From positions 1 to 25,530 of the IMG/VR virus record IMGVR_UViG_3300042361_000388: a DNA stretch of 25,530 bases; one strand, written 5' to 3'. The position numbers and the translations under genes were made by a program. The notes below the pieces were generated by a model. That model worked only from the letters and a program-made list of their open reading frames with translations. It did no database searches and was not told the DNA's origin. Shown here one piece after another: positions 1 to 7,131 of this stretch (positions are counted from its first letter, which is position 1; every line of letters starts with the position of its first letter). This stretch comes from a virus. Lineage: Duplodnaviria; Caudoviricetes.

Positions 1-143
1 AAGCGAATGTCGTCGTTTTCGGCTATGTTAGCGGTATTGCCGCCGTTTTGCGTAGAACGCACGTATTCATTGTACAGAGTCGGAACGTCTGGCTCATTAG
101 ATGAGAAAATCAGTTCGTCGCCGTGGTTTTTATAGTTTTTCAT
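1..143 (-). CDS. N-terminus of a protein running off the left edge, probably the portal
   Basis: ATG at 143-141 opens MKNYKNHGDELIFSSNEPDVPTLYNEYVRSTQNGGNTANIAENDDIR with no stop before the edge. It overlaps the stop of the HTH gene. The portal call rests on position downstream of TerL. Confidence 0.5.
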   Translation of the reverse strand, partial: MKNYKNHGDELIFSSNEPDVPTLYNEYVRSTQNGGNTANIAENDDIR

Positions 144-319
144 TTAAAATTTTTGATAAGGTTAAGTAAGTCTTCTCTAAAATAGCGTTTATGACCGCCC
201 TTGGTAGTGAATACCTTTATAATTCCGTTAGTTGCAAGTTTTTCAAGAGTTTTTCTCGAAAGTCCAGTCATATTTATGGCTTTCTTCCTAGAAAGTATCT
301 CTGGGTAGTAGATTTCCAT
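140..319 (-). CDS. Small excisionase/MerR-like (HTH_17-type) DNA-binding protein, 59 aa
   Basis: MEIYYPEILSRKKAINMTGLSRKTLEKLATNGIIKVFTTKGGHKRYFREDL fits the winged-HTH pattern (LsxxEAxxxLGvSxxTLxxw...GghRrf). Start moved to the ATG at 319 that overlaps the TerL stop. Confidence 0.75.
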   Translation of the reverse strand: MEIYYPEILSRKKAINMTGLSRKTLEKLATNGIIKVFTTKGGHKRYFREDLLNLIKNFK

Positions 320-1920
320 CAGTAACTTCCCCCACCCCAGCCTTTCATGGTATCTTTTGTCAAATATATGGGGTTCATGGTGATTAGATACCTCAGGCAG
401 TCGATTGGGTCCTTTGTAGCACCCTTTTCTCCATCCAATCCAGTCCATTCCTTGATGCAATATATTAAGTTTTGGCATGATTCTGATATATATAGTTTTG
501 GCTTGTTCAAGGGGGACATTTCTATATTCTGGTCGAAGGAAAAGCCGTCATTTATCATTGCGACGCCCTGTTCTATCTTTACGCCAGCCGCTGGAACGAA
601 ATGCATCGGATTTTCGCCGTCATCAAGCATGTCAATGAGCGTCACACCGCCGTCTTCTGTCACAGCCTTGGTTCCGCCAGCCCTAGGGTCGATATATCTT
701 TCAGATATTTCCTCACCGTCTTCTAGGTCAAGGATGAGATTCTTGTAATCGGCTAGACTCCGTCCAGCGTTAGAACGCTGGGCGGTTCCGATTTTTCCGT
801 CGGGGTCCGCCGACGGCAGGGCCCATTCGCCTTCTGACGTGTCGGGCCACTCCCTGTAGACGTAGATATTACCGTCGGCGTCAACCCGACCCCATATCAT
901 GAACCAATTTCTGGCTCCAGCGGGGTCTGCGACCATATAATTCGTGCCTTCTTTTGGAATATGCTCGTCCTTGATGATGTTCACATGGTCTATGAATCTT
1001 GGGAATTGATTTCCTGTGATGTTGTCGGCCCATCCGTACGCACGAATCTTGACCTCGTACGATTTCTTGCCAGCGAGCGTCTTCTTCAATTGCTCGAAAG
1101 GATTATACGGGTTTAGTTCACTATGGAACCATATCACGGCGGCTGGCCTGACATGGGACTTAGCAACGTAGGGCATGACGCCCTTAGGACAGCCGTTGAC
1201 GTTGACAGTATCTGGGAGCAGGGGGCTTTCTCTATGCTTGATTATCTTAGCACCAGAGACATACTCTTTGACTACTGGACTATAACCCGTGACTGGAGTG
1301 AAAGTCACCAGCAACTTGCCGCTTCTGGTCACGATGCGGTAGCGTAGCGTCTCAATCCAGTCTAAAGGAACCAACTCGTCGCACCAAATCAAATCGACTT
1401 CGCCGCCTTCGATGACGTCACGCTTCTGGGCGTAGTTCATGAAGAAGCATTGAGATTTGTTCGGTAGGATGAAAGTGTTGTCGCTGAAACCGTTCTTCTG
1501 CGTGTACTCGACGTTCTGGACCTTGTTCTTCTTGAGGTTCTTGTATTCCGACGGGAGGTATTTGTACACGACGTTCTGTTGCATCTGGATGCTCGACTGG
1601 TTCGTCGTGTGCAGACACCAGACACGGGCGTCCTTCAGGTTTATGAGCGTCTGGGCTACCCGCTTCGCCGCCCACTCCGTTTTCGACGCACGGTTCCCTC
1701 CGAGCACAAGCAACTCGTTGTTTTCTTTGAGCAACAGGTCCGCTTCTTTCCAATGTGGTAGGTCGAACCCGTGCCTGTACGGGTCGAGTTTTTCTGCGAG
1801 TATCTTGTCCTCACGGATTGATAATAGTTCTGCGACCTTTTCCGCACCGTGCTTCTCCGTGAGGGCTCTTATCTCCTCGACGGTAGGCACTACCAGAACT
1901 GGGTGCGGGGTGAGATTCAT
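319..1920 (-). CDS. terL: Terminase large subunit
   Basis: 533 aa. Walker A GGNRASKT, Walker B LIWCDE, coupling motif TFTP, RNase H-like nuclease acidic residues (VADP, YIDP, KDPIDCLRY). Confidence 0.93.
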   Translation of the reverse strand: MNLTPHPVLVVPTVEEIRALTEKHGAEKVAELLSIREDKILAEKLDPYRHGFDLPHWKEADLLLKENNELLVLGGNRASKTEWAAKRVAQTLINLKDARVWCLHTTNQSSIQMQQNVVYKYLPSEYKNLKKNKVQNVEYTQKNGFSDNTFILPNKSQCFFMNYAQKRDVIEGGEVDLIWCDELVPLDWIETLRYRIVTRSGKLLVTFTPVTGYSPVVKEYVSGAKIIKHRESPLLPDTVNVNGCPKGVMPYVAKSHVRPAAVIWFHSELNPYNPFEQLKKTLAGKKSYEVKIRAYGWADNITGNQFPRFIDHVNIIKDEHIPKEGTNYMVADPAGARNWFMIWGRVDADGNIYVYREWPDTSEGEWALPSADPDGKIGTAQRSNAGRSLADYKNLILDLEDGEEISERYIDPRAGGTKAVTEDGGVTLIDMLDDGENPMHFVPAAGVKIEQGVAMINDGFSFDQNIEMSPLNKPKLYISESCQNLIYCIKEWTGLDGEKGATKDPIDCLRYLITMNPIYLTKDTMKGWGGGSY

Positions 1921-2501
1921 CGACTGGTAGGGGTCGAGTTCGGCATCAGCGAGCCGTCAGGCTGTACCGTGAACATCTTCGGGTCGTACGCTGGCATGTT
2001 GATTGACACGTCTTCGTCGGTGGCAAGCCTGTAGCCTTGCTTCTCGATTTCTTTGAGCCTTGTGTTCGGGTCCTTGTTCTTGGGTGCAAGAGCCGTGTAC
2101 ACGCTTTCGAAAGAATTATAACTCAGGTCCTGTATGTGACCATAGGCTTCCTGACGATGCTTTAGGTAAGCGGCGGCTATCTTCGCCGAGTTTTCTGGCA
2201 CGGCGGCGAGTTTAGGGTCTTGCGTGAGAGGAATACCAGTAAGGCGTTCCATATGCTCGTAGTTCTTACGACCCGTGAGTTGAATATACCCACGACCTAC
2301 GTTAAAGCCACCGCTGTCTCCAGCCCAGCCTTTTTTCCAGTCGCCTTGGACTGCGTCGGCACGACCCCATCCGCTTTCTACGAGTAGGTTGGGAAGGATG
2401 TTCTTAATCTGCGAAGGACTGAACCCAGACTTCCTGAGTTCGTCGATGAGGGTCGCAGACCACTCGTATTCCGTATCTGATGGTTTAGGCATAATTACCA
2501 A
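1917..2501 (-). CDS. GH19 chitinase/lysozyme-fold peptidoglycan hydrolase (candidate endolysin)
   Basis: Catalytic VESG followed by the GH19 signature GRGYIQLTGRKNY and DPKLAAVPENSAKIAAAY. Confidence 0.8.
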   Translation of the reverse strand: MVIMPKPSDTEYEWSATLIDELRKSGFSPSQIKNILPNLLVESGWGRADAVQGDWKKGWAGDSGGFNVGRGYIQLTGRKNYEHMERLTGIPLTQDPKLAAVPENSAKIAAAYLKHRQEAYGHIQDLSYNSFESVYTALAPKNKDPNTRLKEIEKQGYRLATDEDVSINMPAYDPKMFTVQPDGSLMPNSTPTSR

Positions 2502-2737
2502 GCCTTGCAGGACCAGTATCTGGGGGTTGTCTTATCCTTAGCCGTAGCACACTTGTGCCGAGCATGGAAAGATTTGCGACGGGCTGGGTTGTTCTTCTTG
2601 ATACTCATCTTCGGGTCGCCGAAGCGGACAACCTTGACCTTGCTACCAGATTTGACGTAGACTGCGGACTTCTTCGGTCCGTTCGGAGTCCTGAAAGGAC
2701 GGTTCAATGTGACCTTGCGGCCTTTGTATGTAGCCAT
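2495..2737 (-). CDS. Small basic conserved phage protein, 80 aa
   Basis: K/R-rich. Motifs VRFGDP, RRKSFHARHKC and YWSCKAW resemble a recurrent hypothetical protein of aquatic phages. Tightly packed with neighbours. Confidence 0.75.
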   Translation of the reverse strand: MATYKGRKVTLNRPFRTPNGPKKSAVYVKSGSKVKVVRFGDPKMSIKKNNPARRKSFHARHKCATAKDKTTPRYWSCKAW

Positions 2738-2738
2738 G

Positions 2739-3140
2739 TTAGTATTTACCCACGAAACGAGGGTGCTTGGAGACGACCCATCTCAGGCCGTCCCACTTAA
2801 TCTTGACGTCCATCCCCATGCTGAACTTGCTGGAATCCTTGCAAAGAACATTAAGGGTCTTGCCCTCGACGAGCACGGACATAATCCTAGGGTTTTTGAA
2901 CTTCGCAGAAACGACGCCTTCCTTCTCTTCGAGGGGAGGGGGAGGGTCAATCGTGATGTCCAATCCGAGGTTCTTCCTGAGCATCGACATTCCCTGTTCG
3001 GTCCAGACGACCTTCCAGAGATTCTTCGGCTTGTTGCTTTCCTCACGAATCCAATGCATGCCTTCGGTGTACGAATCACGCATCATCTTCAGCATCTCCC
3101 TAGAGACGCCTAGCGAAACTGAAAGTTCTTTTTCTTTCAT
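2739..3140 (-). CDS. Hypothetical protein with N-terminal HTH-like segment
   Basis: MKEKELSVSLGVSREMLK... Start uncertain (ATG 3140 or 3167). The TTG at 3176 more likely belongs to a TTGACT -35 element. Confidence 0.7.
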   Translation of the reverse strand: MKEKELSVSLGVSREMLKMMRDSYTEGMHWIREESNKPKNLWKVVWTEQGMSMLRKNLGLDITIDPPPPLEEKEGVVSAKFKNPRIMSVLVEGKTLNVLCKDSSKFSMGMDVKIKWDGLRWVVSKHPRFVGKY

Positions 3141-3188
3141 TCGTTCATTACTGATATCTTTATTCATATTAGTCAAGCGTTATGTTAA

Positions 3189-3264
3189 TGGCAGGGATAG
3201 GGGGATTCGAACCCCCGACTTAGCCCTTATAAAGAGCCCACTCTAACCGCTGAGTTATACCCCC
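3189..3264 (-). tRNA. trnI: tRNA-Ile (anticodon TAT) with encoded CCA
   Basis: GGGGGTATAACTCAGCGGTTAGAGTGGGCTC-TTTATAA-GGGCTAAGTCGGGGGTTCGAATCCCCCTATCCCTGCCA forms a full cloverleaf with GTTCGAATC T-loop. Confidence 0.9.
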
Positions 3265-3272
3265 ATGTAAAG

Positions 3273-3343
3273 AACCCCGACTAGGATTCGAACCTAGACA
3301 AAGAGAACCAAAATCTCTAGTGCTACCGTTACACCATCAGGGT
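3273..3343 (-). tRNA. trnQ: tRNA-Gln (TTG)
   Basis: ACCCTGA-TGGTGTAACGGTAGCAC, anticodon arm AGAGA-TTTTGGT-TCTCT, T arm CTAGG-TTCGAAT-CCTAG. No encoded CCA. Confidence 0.9.
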
Positions 3344-3346
3344 AAA

Positions 3347-3418
3347 TCGACCCGCTAGGAATCGAACCTAGATAACCCGCTTAGAAGGCGGGTGTTCTAT
3401 CCGTTGAACTACGGGTCG
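3347..3418 (-). tRNA. trnR: tRNA-Arg (TCT)
   Basis: CGACCCG-TAGTTCAACGGATAGAAC, anticodon arm CCCGC-CTTCTAA-GCGGG, T arm CTAGG-TTCGATT-CCTAG. Confidence 0.92.
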
Positions 3419-3425
3419 GAAAGAG

Positions 3426-3497
3426 AGCCCCGTGTAGGGATTGAACCTACGACCTACTGTTTACAAAACAGTCGCACTACCGCTGTGCTAACGGGGC
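3426..3497 (-). tRNA. trnT: tRNA-Thr (TGT)
   Basis: GCCCCGT-TAGCACAGCGGTAGTGC, anticodon arm ACTGT-TTTGTAA-ACAGT, T arm GTAGG-TTCAATC-CCTAC. Confidence 0.92.
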
Positions 3498-3689
3498 ATA
3501 TTCAAAGAACACCCCCTATCCTATACTCTATTTGACGAAGTCAATATGAATCATCGGCAATCGGCTCTTTGTTAGAATATCTCATTTTGCTGCTTGACAA
3601 CATACAGGCCGTCCCCCCTAATAACCCCCCTGCCTCGCTCCGCTCGGCCTCCTCACATCCCACCTCCTTTTTGGGATAAAAAGTTTCCC

Positions 3690-4100
3690 TGTCTGGACCC
3701 GTACTTCCTCAGGGGGACGGACAAAATCCCGACCCCCTCCCCCCCCCTAGGGCTGGGGGTGCGGAATGGGGGGTGCAGGGCTGGGGCTGGGGACGGGGCT
3801 GGCTGGGGGCTGGGGCAGGGCGTCGGGCCGACGTCGTCGGCAGGGCCTCAGGCTGGGGCAAGGCGGGGCTTTTAGGCGGTGAAGGTGGTAGGGGTCGGGA
3901 CGGGTTCCTGAGGGGTTCCTGACGGGCTCCTGAGAGCGTCCTGAGGGCGTCGGGCCTGAGGGGGCTGGGAGGGCTGGGAAGGGGTAGGGCTCCACGGTTG
4001 ACGGGCGGGAAGCGGGTGAGGGCCAGGTGCTAGGCGGGAGGCAGTCAGGTGGAACTATCCGGGCGTCTCAGGCCGTCGGGCAGGGTAAGGACTGGGCCAA
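3690..4100. other. Non-coding G-skewed region, candidate genome terminus/packaging region
   Basis: A C-run (GACCCCCTCCCCCCCC, 3731-3748) is followed by many GGG/GGGG tracts on the + strand. Only low-complexity Pro/Gly ORFs are present. Lies between the packaging genes and the early cassettes. Confidence 0.55.
3906..3960 (+). repeat. TCCTGA direct repeats with 11-bp period
   Basis: TCCTGA at 3906, 3917, 3928 and 3939, plus CCTGAG at 3955. Confidence 0.75.
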
Positions 4101-4103
4101 ACG

Positions 4104-4127
4104 AAAAGGGCCCCCTTGCGGGGGCCC
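4104..4127 (-). terminator. Intrinsic terminator of cassette A
   Basis: GGGCCCCC-GCAA-GGGGGCCC-TTTT on the minus strand, just after the stop at 4134. Confidence 0.88.
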
Positions 4128-4133
4128 TGAGGC

Positions 4134-4610
4134 TTAGGAAGCACCGTCGCCGTTGAACTGTCCCTTCCTCCTGTCGGGCTCCAGTCCACGGGCTCGAAGT
4201 TCGGCGAGATAGGAGTCGGCGAGACGTCGGTTGCGGTCACCTTTGTTATGCCCACCAGCCTGCATCGCTGTGACGTTTGCGTTCGCATACCACGTTTGCA
4301 GTTCGTCGTCGCTGGTCTTCGCATTGCGTCCGATTTCGTACATCGCCTGAGCGACGTCGTCTTCGATTGCGTCGAGTGCCCTGTAAGCCTTCCGCAGTTC
4401 GTCCCGCTGGGAGCGAAGGAACGGGAGGCGACGGTCAGCAACGGGCATCGCTTCGATTTCGTCGTGCAGGGCGATAACTTCGTCGCCGACGTGCGTCTTC
4501 CGAAGCCTGACGGCTTCGAGCGTCTTTTTGAGGTTGCCGAGAATCTCTTCGGCGGAGTTCGAGCGGGGGAGACGCTCAGGAGAATTGTCCCCGTGGTTGA
4601 TAGGTTCCAC
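4134..4610 (-). CDS. Cassette A cargo, hypothetical helical protein (158 aa, starts MEPINHGD)
   Basis: GTG start, open 158 codons, flanked by promoter and terminator. Confidence 0.85.
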   Translation of the reverse strand: MEPINHGDNSPERLPRSNSAEEILGNLKKTLEAVRLRKTHVGDEVIALHDEIEAMPVADRRLPFLRSQRDELRKAYRALDAIEDDVAQAMYEIGRNAKTSDDELQTWYANANVTAMQAGGHNKGDRNRRLADSYLAELRARGLEPDRRKGQFNGDGAS

Positions 4611-4616
4611 GGCTCG

Positions 4617-4645
4617 AATGTGAGACGTCGGGCGTCCTGATGCAA
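4617..4645 (-). promoter_or_regulatory. Sigma70-like promoter of cassette A
   Basis: TTGCAT-17-CACATT-6-GTG. Confidence 0.7.
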
Positions 4646-4648
4646 CGC

Positions 4649-4677
4649 AAAAGAAAAGGGCCCCATCGCTGGGGCCC
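4649..4677 (-). terminator. Intrinsic terminator of cassette B
   Basis: GGGCCCCA-GCGA-TGGGGCCC-TTTTCTTTT. Confidence 0.88.
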
Positions 4678-4682
4678 TGAGT

Positions 4683-5129
4683 TCATTCGTAATGTGGTAC
4701 GGTATGACTGGATTCTGAGAACGGGACGTCGTCGTCGAGTACGATGTGCGTCGCACGTCGTCGGGAGGCGGACCAGAAAGCGGGAGTTTTGATACCGTCG
4801 ATTTCGTCGCCTTCGAAGATTGCCCCGTGTTCATTCCTGAAGCGTTCGAGCATCGCCTTGCGGTCCTCCTGACTGAACGGTTCCCTGACGCAAGCGATGG
4901 GGGTGAGCCAGTCATACCACCATCCTCCTTCCTCAGGTCCGCCGAAGCACCGTTCGATTTCATACAGCGAAGACCAGCGGGGAGGCGACGGGCCCCAGTT
5001 GCGATTCTTGTGCAGGAACGTCGAGAGGTTGCACAAGCCTCGGTTGATGTTGATGCCGACAGCGTCGTCGGCGGACTGATTCGAGAGGGGGTTCGAATCG
5101 GGATTGCCCTCAGGTGTGTTAGGTTCCAC
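4683..5129 (-). CDS. Cassette B cargo, hypothetical protein with GGPEEGGWWY motif (148 aa)
   Basis: GTG start MEPNTPEG. The motif YEIERCFGGPEEGGWWYD is recalled from uncharacterised phage early proteins. Confidence 0.85.
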   Translation of the reverse strand: MEPNTPEGNPDSNPLSNQSADDAVGININRGLCNLSTFLHKNRNWGPSPPRWSSLYEIERCFGGPEEGGWWYDWLTPIACVREPFSQEDRKAMLERFRNEHGAIFEGDEIDGIKTPAFWSASRRRATHIVLDDDVPFSESSHTVPHYE

Positions 5130-5135
5130 GTCCTG

Positions 5136-5164
5136 ACAAAAGCCTTACACGATGCCCGACGCAA
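5136..5164 (-). promoter_or_regulatory. Promoter of cassette B
   Basis: TTGCGT-17-TTTTGT-6-GTG. The -10 is weak but spacing matches the other units. Confidence 0.55.
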
Positions 5165-5165
5165 C

Positions 5166-5194
5166 AAACAAAAAGGGCCCCATCGCTGGGGCCC
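5166..5194 (-). terminator. Intrinsic terminator of cassette C
   Basis: GGGCCCCA-GCGA-TGGGGCCC-TTTTTGTTT. Confidence 0.88.
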
Positions 5195-5201
5195 CGTTGC
5201 T

Positions 5202-5621
5202 TTATTCGTCGCTGTCTTCGTCGTCGTCGTCGCTGTCCTCTTCGTCGTCTTCGACGTAGTCGGCGACGCTCAGGCCGATGCAGAAGGAGAGGAGTTCGTC
5301 GTATCCTTCCATTTCCTTCCTGAGGTTCTCGCTGAGCGTTCGAGCGTTCGGCACGCTCTCAGGAAGTTCTCCCGCCATTGCGAACTGGCTGAGGATTCGG
5401 AGGCGGTCCGCAACGTTGCGGTCCGTATGCTTCCACGCCCTGCTGAGCGTTCCGAGGACGGCGAAGATGTTGCCGTCGGTGTTCCAGTTGACGCTGGGGA
5501 ACTTGCCCTTGTACTCGCCGAGGATGTAACGGCGGAGCGTTTCGGTTGCCGACAAGACCGTCGGCTGGTTGAGAGCGGGGGAGACGCTCTTCTGGATTTC
5601 CCCGTGGTTGTTAGGTTCCAC
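5202..5621 (-). CDS. Cassette C cargo, hypothetical protein with acidic tail (139 aa)
   Basis: GTG start MEPNNHGE, DGNIFAVLG..YDELL motif, C-terminus EDDEEDSDDDDEDSDE. Confidence 0.85.
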   Translation of the reverse strand: MEPNNHGEIQKSVSPALNQPTVLSATETLRRYILGEYKGKFPSVNWNTDGNIFAVLGTLSRAWKHTDRNVADRLRILSQFAMAGELPESVPNARTLSENLRKEMEGYDELLSFCIGLSVADYVEDDEEDSDDDDEDSDE

Positions 5622-5627
5622 GGGAGA

Positions 5628-5657
5628 ACACTAGGCGACAAAAGGCCGGGCGTGCAA
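5628..5657 (-). promoter_or_regulatory. Promoter of cassette C
   Basis: TTGCAC-18-TAGTGT-6-GTG. Confidence 0.7.
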
Positions 5658-5675
5658 GCGACAAAAACGGGAAAC

Positions 5676-5699
5676 AAAAAAGGCCCCCTTGCGGGGGCC
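5676..5699 (-). terminator. Intrinsic terminator of cassette D
   Basis: GGCCCCC-GCAA-GGGGGCC-TTTTTT. Confidence 0.88.
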
Positions 5700-5704
5700 A
5701 GTTG

Positions 5705-6112
5705 TTAGTTCAGCCTGACGTCGTCGGGCGTCCCTTTCTTCTTCTTCCGTTGCACGACTCGGAACTGGAGCGTTGCGAGTTCCCGCTCGAACTTGTCGGA
5801 CAAGAACCGCTCGATTCGGTCGGCAATGTTCTTCGTATCGGCGGGGCTGATGTCAGTCGGGTCGGCGAACTCTTCGAACGTGTCTTCGAGAATCAGAAAC
5901 AAGTGCGTGCCGTCGGGCTCGATTCGAACGCCGTCCTCATCCTCAACGTACCAGCCGATGTTCCGAATCTGGAGTAGAATCGTGTCTCGCTGGTGGAGTT
6001 CGTTTTTAGGGAACTCGCACAAGCCGACGAAGTTAGTGCCGAAGATATCGTCGGCGGATTGGGAGCGGGGGAGACGCTCACCGTTGTTTTCCCCGTGGTT
6101 GATAGGTTCCAC
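5705..6112 (-). CDS. Cassette D cargo, hypothetical protein (135 aa, starts MEPINHGE)
   Basis: Start reassigned from 6127 to the conserved GTG at 6112, which is in frame. Confidence 0.85.
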   Translation of the reverse strand: MEPINHGENNGERLPRSQSADDIFGTNFVGLCEFPKNELHQRDTILLQIRNIGWYVEDEDGVRIEPDGTHLFLILEDTFEEFADPTDISPADTKNIADRIERFLSDKFERELATLQFRVVQRKKKKGTPDDVRLN

Positions 6113-6118
6113 GCTCAC

Positions 6119-6147
6119 AATCTGCACGGCCTACAGGACAAACACAA
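6119..6147 (-). promoter_or_regulatory. Promoter of cassette D
   Basis: TTGTGT-17-CAGATT-6-GTG. Confidence 0.65.
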
Positions 6148-6152
6148 GAAAC

Positions 6153-6177
6153 AAAAAGGGGCCCCTTGCGGGGCCCC
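6153..6177 (-). terminator. Intrinsic terminator of cassette E
   Basis: GGGGCCCC-GCAA-GGGGCCCC-TTTTT. Confidence 0.88.
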
Positions 6178-6183
6178 GTCGTG

Positions 6184-6723
6184 TCATCCGTAGATGACGT
6201 CTCCGCACGTCGCAACCTGAAGGAAGCAGTCATAATCCACACCGTCGAAGTCGAACGTACTCAGGATTTCGTCGGCATCGTCGTGCAGTCCACGGGCGTG
6301 CAGTTCGACGACGCATAAGAGTTTGACGAATCGGGCACGGGCGTGGGCCGTCATTTCTCGCTTCCCGTAAGCGTATCGCTTCCAAACGGCGACGGCTGAC
6401 TTGGCGGTGATTCGCTTGTACGGTGAATCTGCGTCGTCGTCTTCGTCGTTTGCATTCATCCGCACCGTCAGGCTCCAGTCTTCCCGTGCGGGTTTCCCGC
6501 TGGGAGTGTCGAGCCCGCCTTCGGCAAAAGCGGCGTCGAGAAAGCCGTCGTGACTTCGCTTGTGCTTTAACTGAAACCAATTCGGGTTGAGTCCAGTTTC
6601 TAGGGCCCCGTTCAAAATCCCAGCGACGAAGAGGGAGGTTTTGAAACTCGCCGACAAGACCGTCGGCTGGTTGACGCTGGGGGAGACAGCGTCGTTTTTT
6701 TCCCCGTGGTTGATAGGTTCCAC
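6184..6723 (-). CDS. Cassette E cargo, hypothetical protein (179 aa, starts MEPINHGE)
   Basis: Start reassigned to the conserved GTG at 6723. C-terminal DGVDYDCFLQVATCGDVIYG resembles a DxxxQxAxxGevvYG end motif of uncharacterised phage proteins. Confidence 0.85.
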   Translation of the reverse strand: MEPINHGEKNDAVSPSVNQPTVLSASFKTSLFVAGILNGALETGLNPNWFQLKHKRSHDGFLDAAFAEGGLDTPSGKPAREDWSLTVRMNANDEDDDADSPYKRITAKSAVAVWKRYAYGKREMTAHARARFVKLLCVVELHARGLHDDADEILSTFDFDGVDYDCFLQVATCGDVIYG

Positions 6724-6729
6724 GCTCAC

Positions 6730-6758
6730 AATGTGGAACACGACGACGTCGAACGCAA
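6730..6758 (-). promoter_or_regulatory. Promoter of cassette E
   Basis: TTGCGT-17-CACATT-6-GTG. Confidence 0.7.
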
Positions 6759-6763
6759 TAAAC

Positions 6764-6788
6764 AAAAAGAGCCCCCTTGCGGGGGCCC
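6764..6788 (-). terminator. Intrinsic terminator of cassette F
   Basis: GGGCCCCC-GCAA-GGGGGCTC-TTTTT. Confidence 0.88.
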
Positions 6789-6810
6789 GTTGTGGAACCT
6801 TTCGGTTGGA

Positions 6811-7131
6811 TTATTTCGGCGTCTTAAGTCGGAAACCCTTCAGGGCCTTCGTCGCAAGGGTGAACAGAACCTTGCGGTCCGATTCGCTGACGTTGTGCCC
6901 ACTCGCTTGTTCGGCGAACTTTCGGGCCTCCTCTAGATTTTCCATAATCTTGTTATAGGAGTGGAGGATTCCGTTCTTTCTCGCACGGGTGCGAGAGAGG
7001 GCCGTCAGAAACCGCTTTTCGGCGGGGCTGGCAGGATTGGCAGAGAACGGCACGTGTTCCGAAGAACCGCTTCGGGCGGTGACGCTGGGGGAGACAGCGT
7101 CGGAGGATTCCCCGTGGTGGTTAGTGTCCAC
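6811..7131 (-). CDS. Cassette F cargo, hypothetical basic protein (106 aa, starts MDTNHHGE)
   Basis: Start reassigned to GTG at 7131. The longer ORF-track call would run through a terminator and a promoter. Confidence 0.8.
   Translation of the reverse strand: MDTNHHGESSDAVSPSVTARSGSSEHVPFSANPASPAEKRFLTALSRTRARKNGILHSYNKIMENLEEARKFAEQASGHNVSESDRKVLFTLATKALKGFRLKTPK

Noticed and set aside
3594-3995. Pro/Gly-rich ORFs 3594-3875 (+) and 3747-3995 (-)
   Set aside because: They are low-complexity translations of the G/C tracts with no convincing coding signal.
4535-4611. Leader as a pistol, HDV-like or hammerhead ribozyme (the CGTGG/CCACG stem recalls pistol P1)
   Set aside because: The H1 loop has no downstream pseudoknot partner, the HDV nested order is not met, and there is no CUGANGA/GAAA core. 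Not supported by eye; a covariance search is still advised.
4055-5708. Long ORFs 4055-5167 (-, 370 aa) and 4746-5708 (+, 320 aa)
   Set aside because: They cross terminators and promoters and overlap the cassette genes in other frames. These are GC-rich shadow ORFs.
4134-7131. MEPINHGE as a purely protein-level capsid-targeting tag
   Set aside because: The downstream conserved DNA is read in different frames and shows base-pair compensation, so selection appears to act mainly on the nucleic acid. A role for the first 8 residues is not excluded.
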